A stretch of DNA of 64,000 nucleotides from Octopus vulgaris. Its lineage: Eukaryota. Location: positions 114,824,001 through 114,888,000 of the forward strand of contig OX597817.1 in assembly GCA_951406725.2 (NCBI GenBank), in the 5' to 3' direction. The position numbers and the translations under genes were made by a program. The number at the start of each line of letters is the position of its first letter. The stretch's first letter is position 1. The notes beneath the pieces are model-generated. The model made no database searches and was not told where the DNA came from. It saw only the letters and a list, made by a program, of their open reading frames with translations. Below are positions 41,444 through 55,186 of the stretch, in pieces.

Positions 41444-42017
41444 CAGGGTGTCTATTAAGTCACTTTACAATTTTTAAATTTTATTACAAAGGCAGTTGAC
41501 AAGATATCTTAACCAGATTTGTTTTATTGTAATAATTGTTTATTAAAGTTTTGTTAACTGTTATTTAATAGACCTCAATATGGGCACCATTATTTGTGTG
41601 AAGCACATCAAGACGGTACTTGATTTCTTGCCATATTCACTGTAGGATAGCCTCATCAACTGTGGCAATGGCATTACGAATCCTTTGCTTCAAGTCAGCA
41701 ATGTCCTGTATCTTTGTTTGATACACGATATCTTTTACATAACCCCATGAAAAGAAGTCCAATGGAATGATATCTGGTGAACGCAGTGACTATAGAATTG
41801 GCCCTCCCTTTCAATCCATCGGTCGGGAAATGTTTGATTGACGAACTGATTCAGTGAATCAGTTCCCTACCAACTGAGTATCTGAAACACAAAAATTTAA
41901 TATCAATAAAAACTTTAATAAACAGTTATTAAAATAAAACAAATCTGGTTAAAATATCTCATCAACTGCCTTTGTAATAACTTTTTTAAATTGTAAAGAG
42001 TCTTTATGGACACCCTG
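41444..42017 (-). mobile_element. Internally deleted Tc1/mariner transposon with ~110-bp TIRs and a transposase C-terminal fragment (41565-41840)
   Basis: TA|CAGGGTGTC...GACACCCTG|TA. Minus translation FPDRWI...RSPDIIPLDFFSWGYVKDIVYQTKIQDIADLKQRIRNAI...NGAHIE carries the SPDLxPLDFFxWG motif. Confidence 0.93.
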
Positions 42018-42346
42018 TATTATTTATGTAATTAAAGCTTGAATTATGTTTACAAGGAAAGTAAATGATTTATTAACACAAAAGAAATAAATCTGAAATA
42101 TCTGATGTTGAGTAATATCTGGATAACATTTATTCTTTTATTCCTTTTGTTGTTAGATTCTGAACCATGTTGGGGACCCACCATATATGGGTTTAATCAA
42201 ACAAATTGACCCTAGTACATTTTTGTTAATTCTTATACTTGTTTTATTTTCCCTTTTTGTTCACCTGCTATGTTACAGGGATGTAAACAAACCAACACTA
42301 GTTGCCAAGTGGTGGGAGGACAAACGCAAAGACATTCACATGCTTG

Positions 42347-42383
<37 letters not shown>

Positions 42384-42385
<2 letters not shown>

Positions 42386-42680
42386 GCCGCCGCCATGACC
42401 GACCAGGCTATCAGATGTTGCTACACATCGCTGGTCACAATGCATTCGCATTGTTTTAGCCTCCAAATGACGCCACCCCGCTGGCTAAGCAAGCAGGCCA
42501 ACAGAAGAAAGAATGAGAGAAAGTTGTGTCGAAAGAGTACAGCAGGGATTGCCACCACCCCCTGCCAGAACCTCGTGGAGCTTTAGGTGTTTTCGCTCAA
42601 TAAACACTCACAATGCCCGGTCTGGGAATCGAAACTGCGATCCTACGACTTTGAGTCCGCTGCCCTAACTACTGGGCCTC
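42384..42680 (-). mobile_element. tRNA-derived SINE, family C
   Basis: Minus-strand head gcccagtagttagggcagcggactc...gtttcgattcccagaccggg, with A/B boxes and a tRNA-like fold. Confidence 0.85.
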
Positions 42681-42694
42681 CAAACACACACACA

Positions 42695-42740
<46 letters not shown>

Positions 42741-43330
42741 GTATATATGTATGTTTGTATGTATGTATATGGGGGTCATCAATGTAAGGAACAAATAACT
42801 ATTCATTTGTAGTAATAAAACTGTAGTTGCAAATGGTCACAAGAATCACTTCCAATTATAAAACAAAATTTACTTTCATCATTCATATTTTATAACAACA
42901 TTATGATCTTGATCATTTAACATCAGGCAAGTAAGAGGACTGCATCAAGCTCCAATATATTGTAAAACCATATGGGATAGTTGTCTGCTATTTCTAGCAG
43001 GGTAGGTTATTGTACAGCAGCTCTTTTTCTGCAAGAACGTGAGAATGAAAATAGAATAAAATAAGATAGTAATTGCAAATGAGAGTTGACAACTGCTCTC
43101 AATGAAATACTTCTTGATGATATTAATATATCATCAATATTAATATATTGATTGTAAAGAAATACACTACCTATATGTTTTAATTGTTTAAAAAATAAAC
43201 AATAATTTGGAGAGTAAAATAAAATTTCTTATAATTATGCTAGTTGTTGGAATATAACTTCAATCATAAAGTTCTTCCATAAAATTATGATGGGGCATTT
43301 TAATTTAGTATTAGATGTGGTGAGTTGGCA

Positions 43331-43725
43331 AAGGCGGCGAGCTGGCAGAATCGTTAGCACACTGGACGAAATGCTTAGCAGTATTTCGTCTGCTGCTATG
43401 TTCTGAATTCAAATTCCGCCGAGGTCGACTTTGCCTTTCATCTTTTCGGGGTCGATTAAATAAGTACCAGTTACGCACTGGGGTCAATATAATCAACTTA
43501 ATCCATTTGTCTGTCCTTGTTTGTCCTCTCTGTGTTTAGCCCCTTGTGGGTAGTAAAGATTAAGGTATTTCGTCTGTCTTTACATACCGAGTTCAAATTC
43601 TGCTGAGGTCGACTTTGCCTTTCGTCCTTTTGGGGTTGATAAATTCAGTTGCGTATTGAAGTCAATCTAATCAACTGGCTCCTTCCCCCAAAATTTCAGG
43701 CCTTCTGCATAGAGTAGAAAAGAAT
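43331..43725 (+). mobile_element. Full-length SINE family B followed by a tandem partial copy
   Basis: aaggcggcgagctggcagaatcgttagc...gaggtcgactttgcctttcatcttttcggggtcgat...taagtaccag. A second core starts at about 43565. Further copies at 44035-44245, 50410-50580, 54789-55003 and 8655-8800 (-). Confidence 0.9.
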
Positions 43726-45299
43726 TTAGTATTAGAAACACTTTCAAACAGGTGCTTTTTGTATTATTCACGTCAGGTCTGCAATTAGATTGATGGAAAA
43801 CTGCTACAGGTAGCCATGTAGTCCAGTATCACCAACAAAAAAACTAGCCCCCTCTTGGGATTGCCCAACGAGGAAGGTGCATGGATATGAAGCAAGATTT
43901 AAAAAACAAAGTCTGATAAAGAATAATGTACATTTTACAGAGCCAACTGCACAGATTTTCTGAGAAGGATTTGGACAAATGACAATCACCAAGCCCTTTG
44001 AAAGTAACACTATTATTTAACTGTGTTTCAAGGTTGCAAGCTGGCAGAATCGTTAGCATGTCAAGTAAACACTTCATTGTATTTTGTATGACTTCATGTT
44101 CTGAGTTCAAATTCTGTTGAGGTCGACTTTGCCTTTCACCCCTTCAGGATTGATAAAATGAGTACCAGGTGAATACAGGGGTTGATGTAACCAACTTGCC
44201 CCTCCCCCAAAATTGCTGGCTTCCTTGTGCCAAAATTTGAAACCAATAGTTACATGCTATTTGAGACTAGTTGAATGCATTAAGAAAGTTCAAGACTGGG
44301 AGGAGTGGAAAAGATTGGTAAAAAACAAAATAATTCTGGTGCCTCGATGGGGGAAAATGTTCAGGGAATTACTTAACTTTCTATCATATCCTAGACATCA
44401 GGGTGGTCCCCAAGTTGACTAGTATCAAAAGGGTTAAGTGAAAATTAAAAGTTTGGCAAGACAAGTTATCCTCCTGTTACACTCTAGGAACAATTGATGA
44501 GCTTCCACTTTGGCTGGATTCTTCTCTACCAAAATAGGTCTTTGCAGATATTTGATCAATAATGACATACTTGACCTTGTGCCGAAGTAAGACACTAAAA
44601 TCATTATAATTTCTGTACTATTATTTTATATTTCTTCTTGTTTATATATATTCTATTTTGTATGTGGGAGTAGTGGTGAGAAGTTGGGGATGTTACAAAT
44701 TTATTTTTATAAAATTTTTTTCTTCTAGTTTAAAAATAAAAAATAAACAGAAAAGAGACAATTTAATTGGTGAAAATTTACATATGCTGAAATGTAAGAA
44801 TATGAAATTTAAAACTAATTGAGTGAAGTTCAAGAGGCCATGATTGTAAGCTAGCTTTGGTGCCACCAAACTAATTCATTTATTCATCTATTAGTTTTGT
44901 ATCAAGGATATTTACTGTGATCGATTAATGAATGAATTAGAACTAAATAAAAGTAGCAGAGTGTTCTGTTCACCTTTAACACAGGCCTGTTTAAAATCAC
45001 TTCTCGAGGGAACATCGCTTGATTTTTTTACTAACAACTTATGAAATTGATTTATTGATTATACACACAGATGTATGTCTGTGTATACATATATATATAT
45101 ATATAAATACATATGTGTGTGTGTGTATGTGTGTACTTGTATGTACAAGGATATATATATAAAATTACGTGTATGTATATATATATATATAGATATATTA
45201 TGATATAATGTACATTTATTAAAATATGTATATGTATATAAAATATATATATATATGTATATAAAATACATATACAAGTATATGAAATATATATATGTT

Positions 45300-45336
<37 letters not shown>

Positions 45337-45788
45337 GAGAAATGAGAGACAATACAGTAAGAGAAAGAATCATATGTGTGACTGCTAGTGTGGTTCAGAA
45401 GCTAGCTTCCCGACTGCATAGTTTTGGGTTCAGTCCCACTACATGGCACCTTGGTAATTGTCTTCTATTACAGCCCTGTGCTGACCAAAGCCTGGTTAGT
45501 AGATTCAGTATGCAGAAACTGAAAGAAGTCCATAATTTATATACATGTATATGTATAAAATTTTGAGCTCATAAACAAAACACATACAGTAAGTATGTGA
45601 CATTGATAATGTTTATATATTCAAGGTTGGCATTAGGAAGGGGCATCCAACCATAGAAACTATGCCACAACAGACAGTTGGAGTTTGGACTGCTCCCTGT
45701 TAGCCAACTCCATGTCAAACTGTCTGAGCTAGCTACAGTTGTGCTTATATTAAATAGTCATAGCAAAATATGAGATGCAGCATGGAAT

Positions 45789-45839
45789 TTTGTCAGTGAA
45801 CAGGTTGCGGTCTCAAAGCGACGAAAATATTTTGACAAA
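45789..45839 (+). ncRNA. Minimal type I hammerhead ribozyme motif with G3-C8 compensatory core
   Basis: Stem I tttgtca/tgacaaa (7 bp); core GUGAACA plus G; stem II GUUGC/GCGAC; GAAA; palindromic AAUAUU stem III; UUU triplet. Confidence 0.65.
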
Positions 45840-46431
45840 TTAAATTTAAATGTTGAAGTGAATCTAACGGATTTTGTGTGTTTCTTAAATAGCTTATAAA
45901 CACCTTCCACCCAGCAATTATTTTCGTTCCAGCATACGATCTCAGATCAGATCACTTGCTGTGCAAGTACATCTCCATAAACAAAATAATTGTTAACATA
46001 AAAATATAAGCCATAAAAAAAAATATATAAGAAAAATATAAGGAAAACTAGAGAGCAGATAAGACATGTTAAAGAAAGATTAGATGGTGTTAAGTTTAAA
46101 GAGAAGGAGACTACACTTGCTAACATCAGCAGATGTGCAGGTATATACAGAGAGAGAGAGAGGGGGGACCCTTTCTCATCATGGCACACTCATGTCATGA
46201 AATTCTTACAAGTATATAATTTATGATTTATGATTGGAAGATAATGACAGTAAGATCTGTCATCATGGTTACATTAAGATATGGGATACTAGAGTGTTAG
46301 GTTTTACAAGCCTATTTGCCAAGCAGGTGTCTTGATAGGTGTTTGTTAGCAGACTGTATGATGGAAATTTTTGTTCATTATCTAAAACATGCTGGGGTGT
46401 AGATTCCCCCATCAGTCATGGATGACCACTG

Positions 46432-46819
46432 CATGGGCAAGGGGTTGATAGAAGACCAATTGAGTCAAGTGAAGTCATTGTTGTGGCTGATGCCAGTATT
46501 GCCTGACTCACACCTGTGCCAATGGCACGTAAAAAAGCACCATTCAAGTGTGGTCATTGCCAGTACTGCCTGACTGGCTCTCCTGCTGCTGACATGTAAA
46601 AAGCCCCCATGCCAGTGGCATGTAAAAAGCACCTACTACACTCCTTGAGTGGTTGGCATTAGGAAGGGTATCCAACTGTAGAAGCTTTGCCAGATCAGAT
46701 TGGAGCCTGGTACAACCACCTGGCTTGCCAGTCCTCAGTCAAACTGTCCAACCCATGCCAACATGGAAAGTGGATGTTAAATGACTATGACGACGACGAC
46801 GATGATGATGATGATGATA
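46432..46819 (+). mobile_element. RTE-type LINE 3' UTR
   Basis: gtggttggcattaggaagggtatcc...aacccatgccaacatggaaagtggatgttaaatga with a (GAC/GAT)n tail. Confidence 0.8.
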
Positions 46820-46868
<49 letters not shown>

Positions 46869-48188
46869 CAAAAAAGAGTGCAAAATAGCACCTGCAATTG
46901 CTAGAAATGAGAGCCAAAATTTAACTTGAACAGCCACATGAAAGCACTAACTTTTGTATGCTGAGTTAAATTTTGGCTCTCATTTCTAGCAATTGTAGGT
47001 GGTGTCTTGCCCCCTCATTTATTAATTTTATCTTTTTGGCTTTAATTGCTATAGCCACCTATATTACAATGTATTTAATATATCTTAATAAAGAGTTACA
47101 GTTTTGTGCCAAGGTAATTATATATGTAAGTATGCATAATTATAGGCTTGGTTTGTGTGAGTAAAAATTTTGGTCCACCAATCTAGTGGTGTCAGTTTAA
47201 ATCATACTGTGTAATACTTTATGAAAGAGCCTTACATTGACCAGTAGTTTGTGAGTGAAATTTAGTTGATGAAAATGGTATGGAAACCCATCATGAACAT
47301 ATATGTCTAAAAGCATTATTATCTTTCTCCTATTCCATAACTTTCAGATGTTTTAACACCTAGCACATTGAGGGAGTCATCTCCACTGCACCAAATTTCA
47401 CAGCCTACTGGCGAACAAGCAAAGCACATACTTTGAGTATGTGTCTTCAATTATGTTTATGCGTGAGTGTGTGTGTCTGTGTTTTTCCCCCACACCATCA
47501 TTTGGCAACCAATGCTGGTGTGTTTATGTCCCCCGTAACTTAGTGGTTCAGCAAAAGTGATTAATAGAACAAGTACAAGGCTTACAAAGAGTAAGTCCTG
47601 AGGTTGATTTGTTGGACTAAAACCCTTCAAGGCGGTGCTCCAAATGACTGAAATGTGTAAAAGAATAAAAGAATATATATATATATGAATGTGTGTGTGT
47701 GTATAGATAGATACATATAGTTTATAGGCAGACACACACACACACATACACATTGTGTCAGTGAAATAGAATTTCTATTTCTCTTTATTCTGATATTTTA
47801 CTATAAGCATTAGATTTATATACATTTTGTTGGTATCATTATTTCATGATTATTAATTTCTGTGAATAATCGTACATTATTAATCCAACCAGTCTTATTT
47901 TTATTGTGTGCTTTCATAGCACAGCCAGCCACAACAGAGCGTGCTGCTTTAAGTATATAGGTAGATTTAGTGTTCTGGTTTGTTCTTTACATCTTTCTAT
48001 TGTGTTGACTGTACTCTTAACAGTGCATAGTACCTAGTACCACTTCATATTTTTCCTCTTGTTTTTCTTACTTTTATTTTATGTGAAGGCGAATCAGGAA
48101 ATAATGCAAATAAAAGTTGCATTACTTTTTGACTCACACTTATATGAGTGACTGTCTGTCTGTCATCTCTTTCTCTCTCTCTATTTTT

Positions 48189-48226
<38 letters not shown>

Positions 48227-48233
<7 letters not shown>

Positions 48234-48366
48234 CTTAAACAAGAATGTTGTCGACAGTGACTTCAAAGTGTTGACCAGCTAAGCCATTGTTGGGCTGCAG
48301 TTCAGCGATGGCTTAACTGGCCAACTTCGATGTCACTGTCAACAGCATTCTTGTTTAAGAATAATA
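48227..48366. repeat. 140-bp imperfect palindrome embedded in (TA)n
   Basis: Arms tattattcttaaacaagaatg... and ...cattcttgtttaagaataata, centred on ctgcag with no spacer. Confidence 0.9.
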
Positions 48367-48634
48367 GATTATATATATATATATTTCTATGAGAAGTGAT
48401 TGTTCTCCTCTTGCTCAATCCTTCTCGATTCCAGGAGGAAGGAATACTGCAATTCATCTTCCCCAAGCTCCTGTAGGGCATACATTCATTCATGGTCTGA
48501 ACATTGCTGCCCGGTCAGTATGCAGTATTCTTGAACAGTTGTAGCTAAATATGTATTTCTCTGTATTTGTGTATACCAGTCTTTATATATCAGTCTATGT
48601 TTGTGTATACATATTCTTTTATCCATTTTTAAAA

Positions 48635-49039
48635 TTCTTTTACACATTTCAGTAATTTGACTGTGGCCATGCTGCAGAACCTTCTTAAGGGGTTTTAGTT
48701 GAAAAAATTGACCCCTGTACTTATTCTTTGTAAGCCTAGTACTTATCCTTTCAGTCTCTTTTGCTGAACTGCTAAGTTATGGGGACATAAACACATCAGC
48801 ATCGGTTGTCAAGCAATGATGGTGGGGTCAAACACAGACACAAAGACACACACATAAATTATATATATATATATATAACAGACTTCTTTCAGTTTCCATC
48901 TGCCAAATATACTCACAAGGCTTTGGGTGGCTTGAGGCTATAGTAGAAGACACTTGCCCAAAGTGCCATGCAGTGAAACTGAACCTGGAACCATGTGGTT
49001 AGAAAGCAAGCTTCTTACCACACAGCCACACCTGTGCCT
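48635..49039 (-). mobile_element. Full-length SINE family A
   Basis: All modules present on the minus strand. Confidence 0.9.
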
Positions 49040-50620
49040 ACGTTAATCATTGCTGATATGCCAAATACTTGAATAAAACCTTTGAAGGTAGTACTCCAGC
49101 ATGGCCAAAATCCAATGACTGAAAACAATAGAAGAGTACTAGATTGGAAAACCTGATGCAAATGTTTGATGTTAAAATTTATTTAAAAGTTTAAACCAAA
49201 ATCAATAGAGAAATGATTTAAAGAATCTTTAAACAAAGCAAACAGATAATAAAAACAAAATCATAATTGAAAGATAAATTGATTTCGTCAGCAAATTTGT
49301 AGAAGTTTTCAACTTTGTCTTGTATAAAATAAGTCTCCACAGTTCTGACATCAATGAAATCCTAAAACAGAAAAGAAAACAACAGTTTTTGTATATCCCA
49401 AAATCTTTGTATTTAACCATTTTGGCAGTTAAGCAGAACAGATATTTGTCTTGGAGCAATATAATGAGAACTTAATGGTAATTATTTCTAAAAGTGTTTC
49501 AATAACTCCTTTAGGCTGATAAATTTTAATTATTGGTTATGGAAATAACTATATTGATTGAAATATGAAGTTACACTTAATCACATACAATGCAATTAAC
49601 AAATGCCATTTGTCTTCTATTCATCACAAATGAACTATTAACAGCTATTATCTTTGCCTTCTCCTACTTATCTCAGGAGACTTTCTATTGTTTTGGATCC
49701 ATTCCAAAATTTCGAAGAACCATTACTCAACTCCTATCAAGAAATTTCAGCTTATCAGATAAATACATGATTTCAATTAAAAATGCTTTTGTCTAACATA
49801 CCTAACAGTGATTAGTGACAAATGAATTCTTTAAAAACATAGACTTAACTAAATCAACACAGAGAGATCTGAAAGGCTATGTAAATGAGGCACTTTCATT
49901 TCTCATTTGGTTTACAAATTATAGATTGTCTGAGAGAGCATAGCATAGAAAAGCAGAACAAAAGCAAAAAAAGGGAAAACTAAGTTTATGTGTCTGGAGA
50001 TTGATAGATATTGATCACTTTCTAGGTCTATGCTCAGTACAAGTGTGAAATAGAGATCTTGGGTGACTTTATTATAACTATATCATTACATCAGAGCAAG
50101 ATAAGGTTAAATGTTTAAATGGATATAGTATTGGTCTACAGTTTCATAGATATTGTGTTTAAACCTAGTATGATTACTTTGGGTAATTTCTGTCACTACA
50201 TTGATTTTTTTAAAAAATAGGTGCAGGACCTCAAATTAGAGGAGAGGTAACATCTATTATATTGACACCAATTGTTGACTGGTACTTTATTCTGGAGGGA
50301 TTTGAACTCAAAATGCAGAGGACTGTAATTAAATGCTGTAAGAACTTTTATCTGATGCTCTAATACTTTTGCTAGTCCATAGTCTTAGATCTCTTTATAT
50401 CTGCTTTAGTTAAGGCAGTGGACTGACAGAACCAGGGGGGCATTTAACAAAATATCTTGCAGTATATAGGTGTGGCTCTTTGCATTCTGAGTTCATACCC
50501 ACCAAGGTAACTTTCCTTTTCATTCTTCAGTGTGAGTGGTCAATAAAACAAAGTCCCAATCTATTGGTGGGTTCAATTTAATCAAACATATCCTTTGCCT
50601 ACAAATATAAATATATATAA

Positions 50621-50974
50621 GCACAGGTATGGCTGTGTGGTAAGAAGTATGCTTCCCAACCAAATGGATCCAGGTTCAGTGCCACTGCATGGCACCTTGG
50701 GCCAGTGTCTTCCACTATAGCCTAGCGAGTGGATTTGATACACAGAAACTGAAAGAAGCCTGTCATATGTGTGTGTGTGTGTGTGTTTCTATATGTGTTT
50801 GTCCCTCACCACTTCTTGACAACTGGTGTTAGTGTGTTTACATTCCCATAACATAGTGGTTCAGCAAAAGAGACTTATAGAATAAGCATCAGGGTGTAAA
50901 AATATAAATACTAAAAATTCCTTAAGGCGGTGCCTTGGTATGGCCACAGTCTTATGACTGAAACAAGTAAAAGG
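50621..50974 (+). mobile_element. Full-length SINE family A
   Basis: gcacaggtatggctgtgtggtaagaag...gactgaaacaagtaaaag. Confidence 0.9.
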
Positions 50975-52421
50975 TAAAAGCTATAAAAATTGGGGTTGAA
51001 ATGTTCCCAGCTTTGGGTAAAAGAAAATACAGGAGGATAAATTAATTATGATTTTATTCAACATTTTCCTCTCTCAGATTCACACACTTATTGCAGTGGT
51101 CCTTCAGTTTTTCTAAGCCCTGTAAAAGAACTCAGAAGGTTGGGCCTCTAACCAGGCCTTTTGCAATACCCTTAAAGCCAGGAACTTTTCAGCACCCCCT
51201 CATACACACACACACACACGCACACGCACACACACACATGCACATATACTCACACATTTGCACAGACATGTATCTATTATTATGCCTGCATGCATATATT
51301 ATAGTTGTCACTGCACTCATAAATTATATTAATTAGATCTATAAAACAGCTGCAAATGCCTATCATTGTATGACCAATCTTACATTTATAACAGTGAGTT
51401 TACATGCAATTCTGCATTGGCAGTTAATGTATGGTAGATGACTGTTGGTGAGAGTATACTGATACTTAAACTGGCTGTCAAGTTAATCTCTCTTTATTCT
51501 GATCACAATCATTTCTGTCTTTTGCAGCTGTCTAATAAATATAATTAATTTATGAATGCTGAAATCTCTGATTATACCACATAATTAGTTTAGAAAATAA
51601 ACACTGCAAGTGCATTAGTAATTTGTGTAACAAGACTATCATTGCTTACATGAATATACATACATGCAAATGAGCTTATCTTGACATGCAATTATATGCA
51701 TGAGAATACTTACATAAAACAAGACATAACTCTGCACATATATGCACATATATATACATATATACAAAAATACTCTGTTGATATTGTTGAAATTCCAATG
51801 AAGAAGCCTTGGATCTAGGTTAGAGACTGGTTAGAACTGGTTAGAAACTTTCTTCATTAGATAAAAATCTTGAAATAAAACTGTATAATGACATACATAT
51901 ATGCATGCATGCATGCATACATGCATATGTACATACATACATACATACATATATATGTACGTACATAGATACATACATACATACATACATGCAAACAAAC
52001 AAAATGCTTACATTTGGCTTCAATTTAGGTTTTAAAAAAGCCAATGGTAAAGACTAAATGAAAACAAATTCTGCATGGCTATATACTCAACACGGTGCTC
52101 AAACAATAAAGAGGCTTCAATATGGTTGTTTAACTTGCTAGAAATAGCACTCAAAATCCCCTCAAATCATGTACTATCATCTTGAAAATAATAAAAAATA
52201 CTGCCAAAAAAAAAAAAAGAGCAACATAAATAATTCAGTCCTTGATGCAGTATGTTTTTAAAAAATATGACATGGTCATGGCTGGATTGCTTCTGGCCAT
52301 ATGTTTGATTAAGACTGACCTGGAGCTTTTTTTATATTTTCAAAATGATAGTGCATGGTTTGAGGAAATTTTGAGTGCTGTTTCCAGCAAGTTGAATAGC
52401 CATATTGAAGTCCCTTCATTA

Positions 52422-52735
52422 TGTGCCTCAATGAGCCTGAGAGCTAAATCAGCAGAATGTAAGTTCTTAGTAGGGTCTCTCATGTTGGAGATGCAAAAGG
52501 TAGAGGCCAAATTAATATGGACCACCTCTTCTCAGAGATAAAAATGGGTTTGTTTAGGGGCAACATCCCTACCTAGAAAAAACGCCAAGTTACAGGAACA
52601 GTGATGATAATTCTGAATCAACAAAAGGAAGGCTTTCCCTCAGGGAAGCAGAAAGGATAGCCCAGAGTCAAGCAGGGTGGAGAAAAGTCAGTGATAGCCT
52701 ATATTCCCAAAGAGAGAGAAAGGTTTAAGTAAAGT
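52422..52735 (+). mobile_element. Short internally deleted RTE-derived element (5' UTR fused to 3' end)
   Basis: The 5' part tgtgcctcaatgagcctgagagcta...gtagggtctctcatg...gtagaggcca resembles RTE 5' UTRs as recalled. The 3' part translates EAERIAQSQAGWRKVSDSLYSQ*, like an RTE C-terminus, and ends in taagtaaagt. Confidence 0.55.
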
Positions 52736-52762
52736 CAGTATTTGTAGCAAATTGAGGAACTC

Positions 52763-53165
52763 TTACTCTTTTGCTCATTTCAATCATTTAACTGGGGCCA
52801 TGCAAGAGCACTGCATTGAAGGGTTTTAGTTGAACAAATCAACCCCAGGACTTATTCTTTGTCAGCCTAGTACTTACTCTATCAGTCTTTTGCCAAACCA
52901 CCAAGTTACAAGGACGTAAACACACTAACATCGGTTGTCAAGCAGTGATGGTGAAGGGGGATGAACACAGACACAAAGACACTCGCACATAGACACATGC
53001 ATGTATATGACAAATTTCTTTCAGTTTCCATCTATCGAATCCACTCACTTGGTTGGCCCAAGGCTATAGTAGAAGATAATTGCCTAAGGTGCAACACAGT
53101 GGGATTGAACTCAGAACCATGTAGTTGAGAAGCAAATTTCTTACCACACAGTCATGCCTGTGCCT
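52763..53165 (-). mobile_element. Full-length SINE family A
   Basis: All modules present on the minus strand. Confidence 0.9.
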
Positions 53166-53406
53166 ATATCACTGAGATACTTTTCACTGACTCTGATACC
53201 CTTGTTAGCTTGGATCCTTATCAAGTCCCTTATTAGCTTGTATCTGTTGAGGCTGCTCTGAATGGCATGTTAGTCAAGAGTAGCAGCTTTTAACAACCTG
53301 AGAAGTCTGAATATGAAAAATTAGCTAAACTGTAGCATACAAGCTAGGAAAAGAAAAAAAATATGTATTTATACAACATACACATATACAAACACATATG
53401 CACAAA

Positions 53407-53443
<37 letters not shown>

Positions 53444-53495
53444 ATATATATATATATATATATATATTGTATATATATATGTATATATATTTATA

Positions 53496-53544
<49 letters not shown>

Positions 53545-55143
53545 GTATATATATTTATATATATATGTATATATATATAAATATATTTTTGTACATATAT
53601 ATAAATATATATGTATATATATGTGTGTGTATATGTATGTAAAGATATATATATATATGTATACGGCATACAAAAATACATACATAAATACAACACCCTC
53701 ACAGATGCACATGCACTTATAGAGTAGGATATAAACTGCTGATCAATAAACACATGTAATACTTTATGAGAGGTGAGGCAGTTTTTACCTGATTTCTCTA
53801 CTTTGATTAATGTTTGACGAGCAATTCACAATTTTCCAACTCATTCCAACTCTACTCATAATAATCAGCTTTGCACCTCAATTTCTCCAATAACTGTCAA
53901 CACATAACTGGGAAGGTTTACTGAGGTGGAGGAGGAGAATGGAGTGGAAGAGGAGGAATAGTCAATGTAGAGGGTGACATTTATGAATGAGAATAACAAT
54001 TTTTTTTTCTCTTTCTCTCTCTCTCTCTCTCACTCAATGTTTTAAGGTTTCTTCCCTATCACCATCCAATCTCCACTCCTATTTTCACACCCCCAAAGTA
54101 AAGGAGAGACAGAAAAAAAATTCTTGGCACTCGTCTCATATATATATTAAGTTTAAAACTAATTTTGCATCACTAGGGTATTATCTTTTGTCGTGCCGAG
54201 GAGAAAAAATAACAACAACAAATCAACAAAATCCATAGAAAAAAACAACAACAAAGCACACATGAACACACACATAAAAAAAAAGGAAAAGATAGATAAC
54301 ATTTATATTTTATGTCTTCACAGATCAATAGGTAGGTTTTTATTAATGGTCATAGCACCTTTACCTGTTGCCATTTATAATTTAATGACATAAGTTGCTT
54401 GAATAGAGCAGTGCTGTAATAAGAGTAATACCAGTCAACAACTTTTTACAGTCAGGTGTTGACAAATGGCACACTACTTTAGACCTTTTGATGTTTCCAG
54501 TCTCAATATGTATGTATTAGAAAAGTTCAGCTGTAAATTGTAAATGTAAATGGACTGTTTTACCACTGCTTATAGCTATTCTAACCCAGGAGCTGTTTAC
54601 AAGTATGCACTTCAATATATCTCCTACAATGATTGGTTTATTTTTTTAATTTAATTTTATTTTTGTTTTGTTTTTACTTCATTTTAGTTCTTCTAGTCCC
54701 ATAACTGTCCCTGTACCTTATTATTAATATTTACCCCCTCCTCCCTTCATCATCCTCATCATCGTTATCGTTGTTATTGTTGTTATTTAAGGCAGTGAAC
54801 TGGCAAAATTGCTTAACTTGTCAGACAAACTTCTTTGTGGCATTTAGTTGATCTTTATGTTCAGAGTTCAAATTTCACCAAGGTTGACTTTTCCTTTCAT
54901 TCTTCCAGGATTCGATAAAATAAGTACCAGTTGAGGACTGGGGTTGATGTAGTTAATTAACCCTCTCTCTCCAAATTGCTGGCCTTGTGCCTGTAATAGA
55001 AAGGAGCTGGCAGAATTGTTATCATCTGTCTTCATTAAGATCAACGTTCCCTTTCATCATTTCAAGGTTAAACAAATAGGCACCAGTTAAGCATTAGGGA
55101 TTGATTGTAATCAGCTAGTCCCCTTTCAATGCTTGGTTTCAGC

Positions 55144-55186
<43 letters not shown>

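Noticed and set aside
42600-42680. tRNA-like sequence
   Set aside because: It is the head of a SINE, continuous with the SINE body, and lacks an intact acceptor stem.
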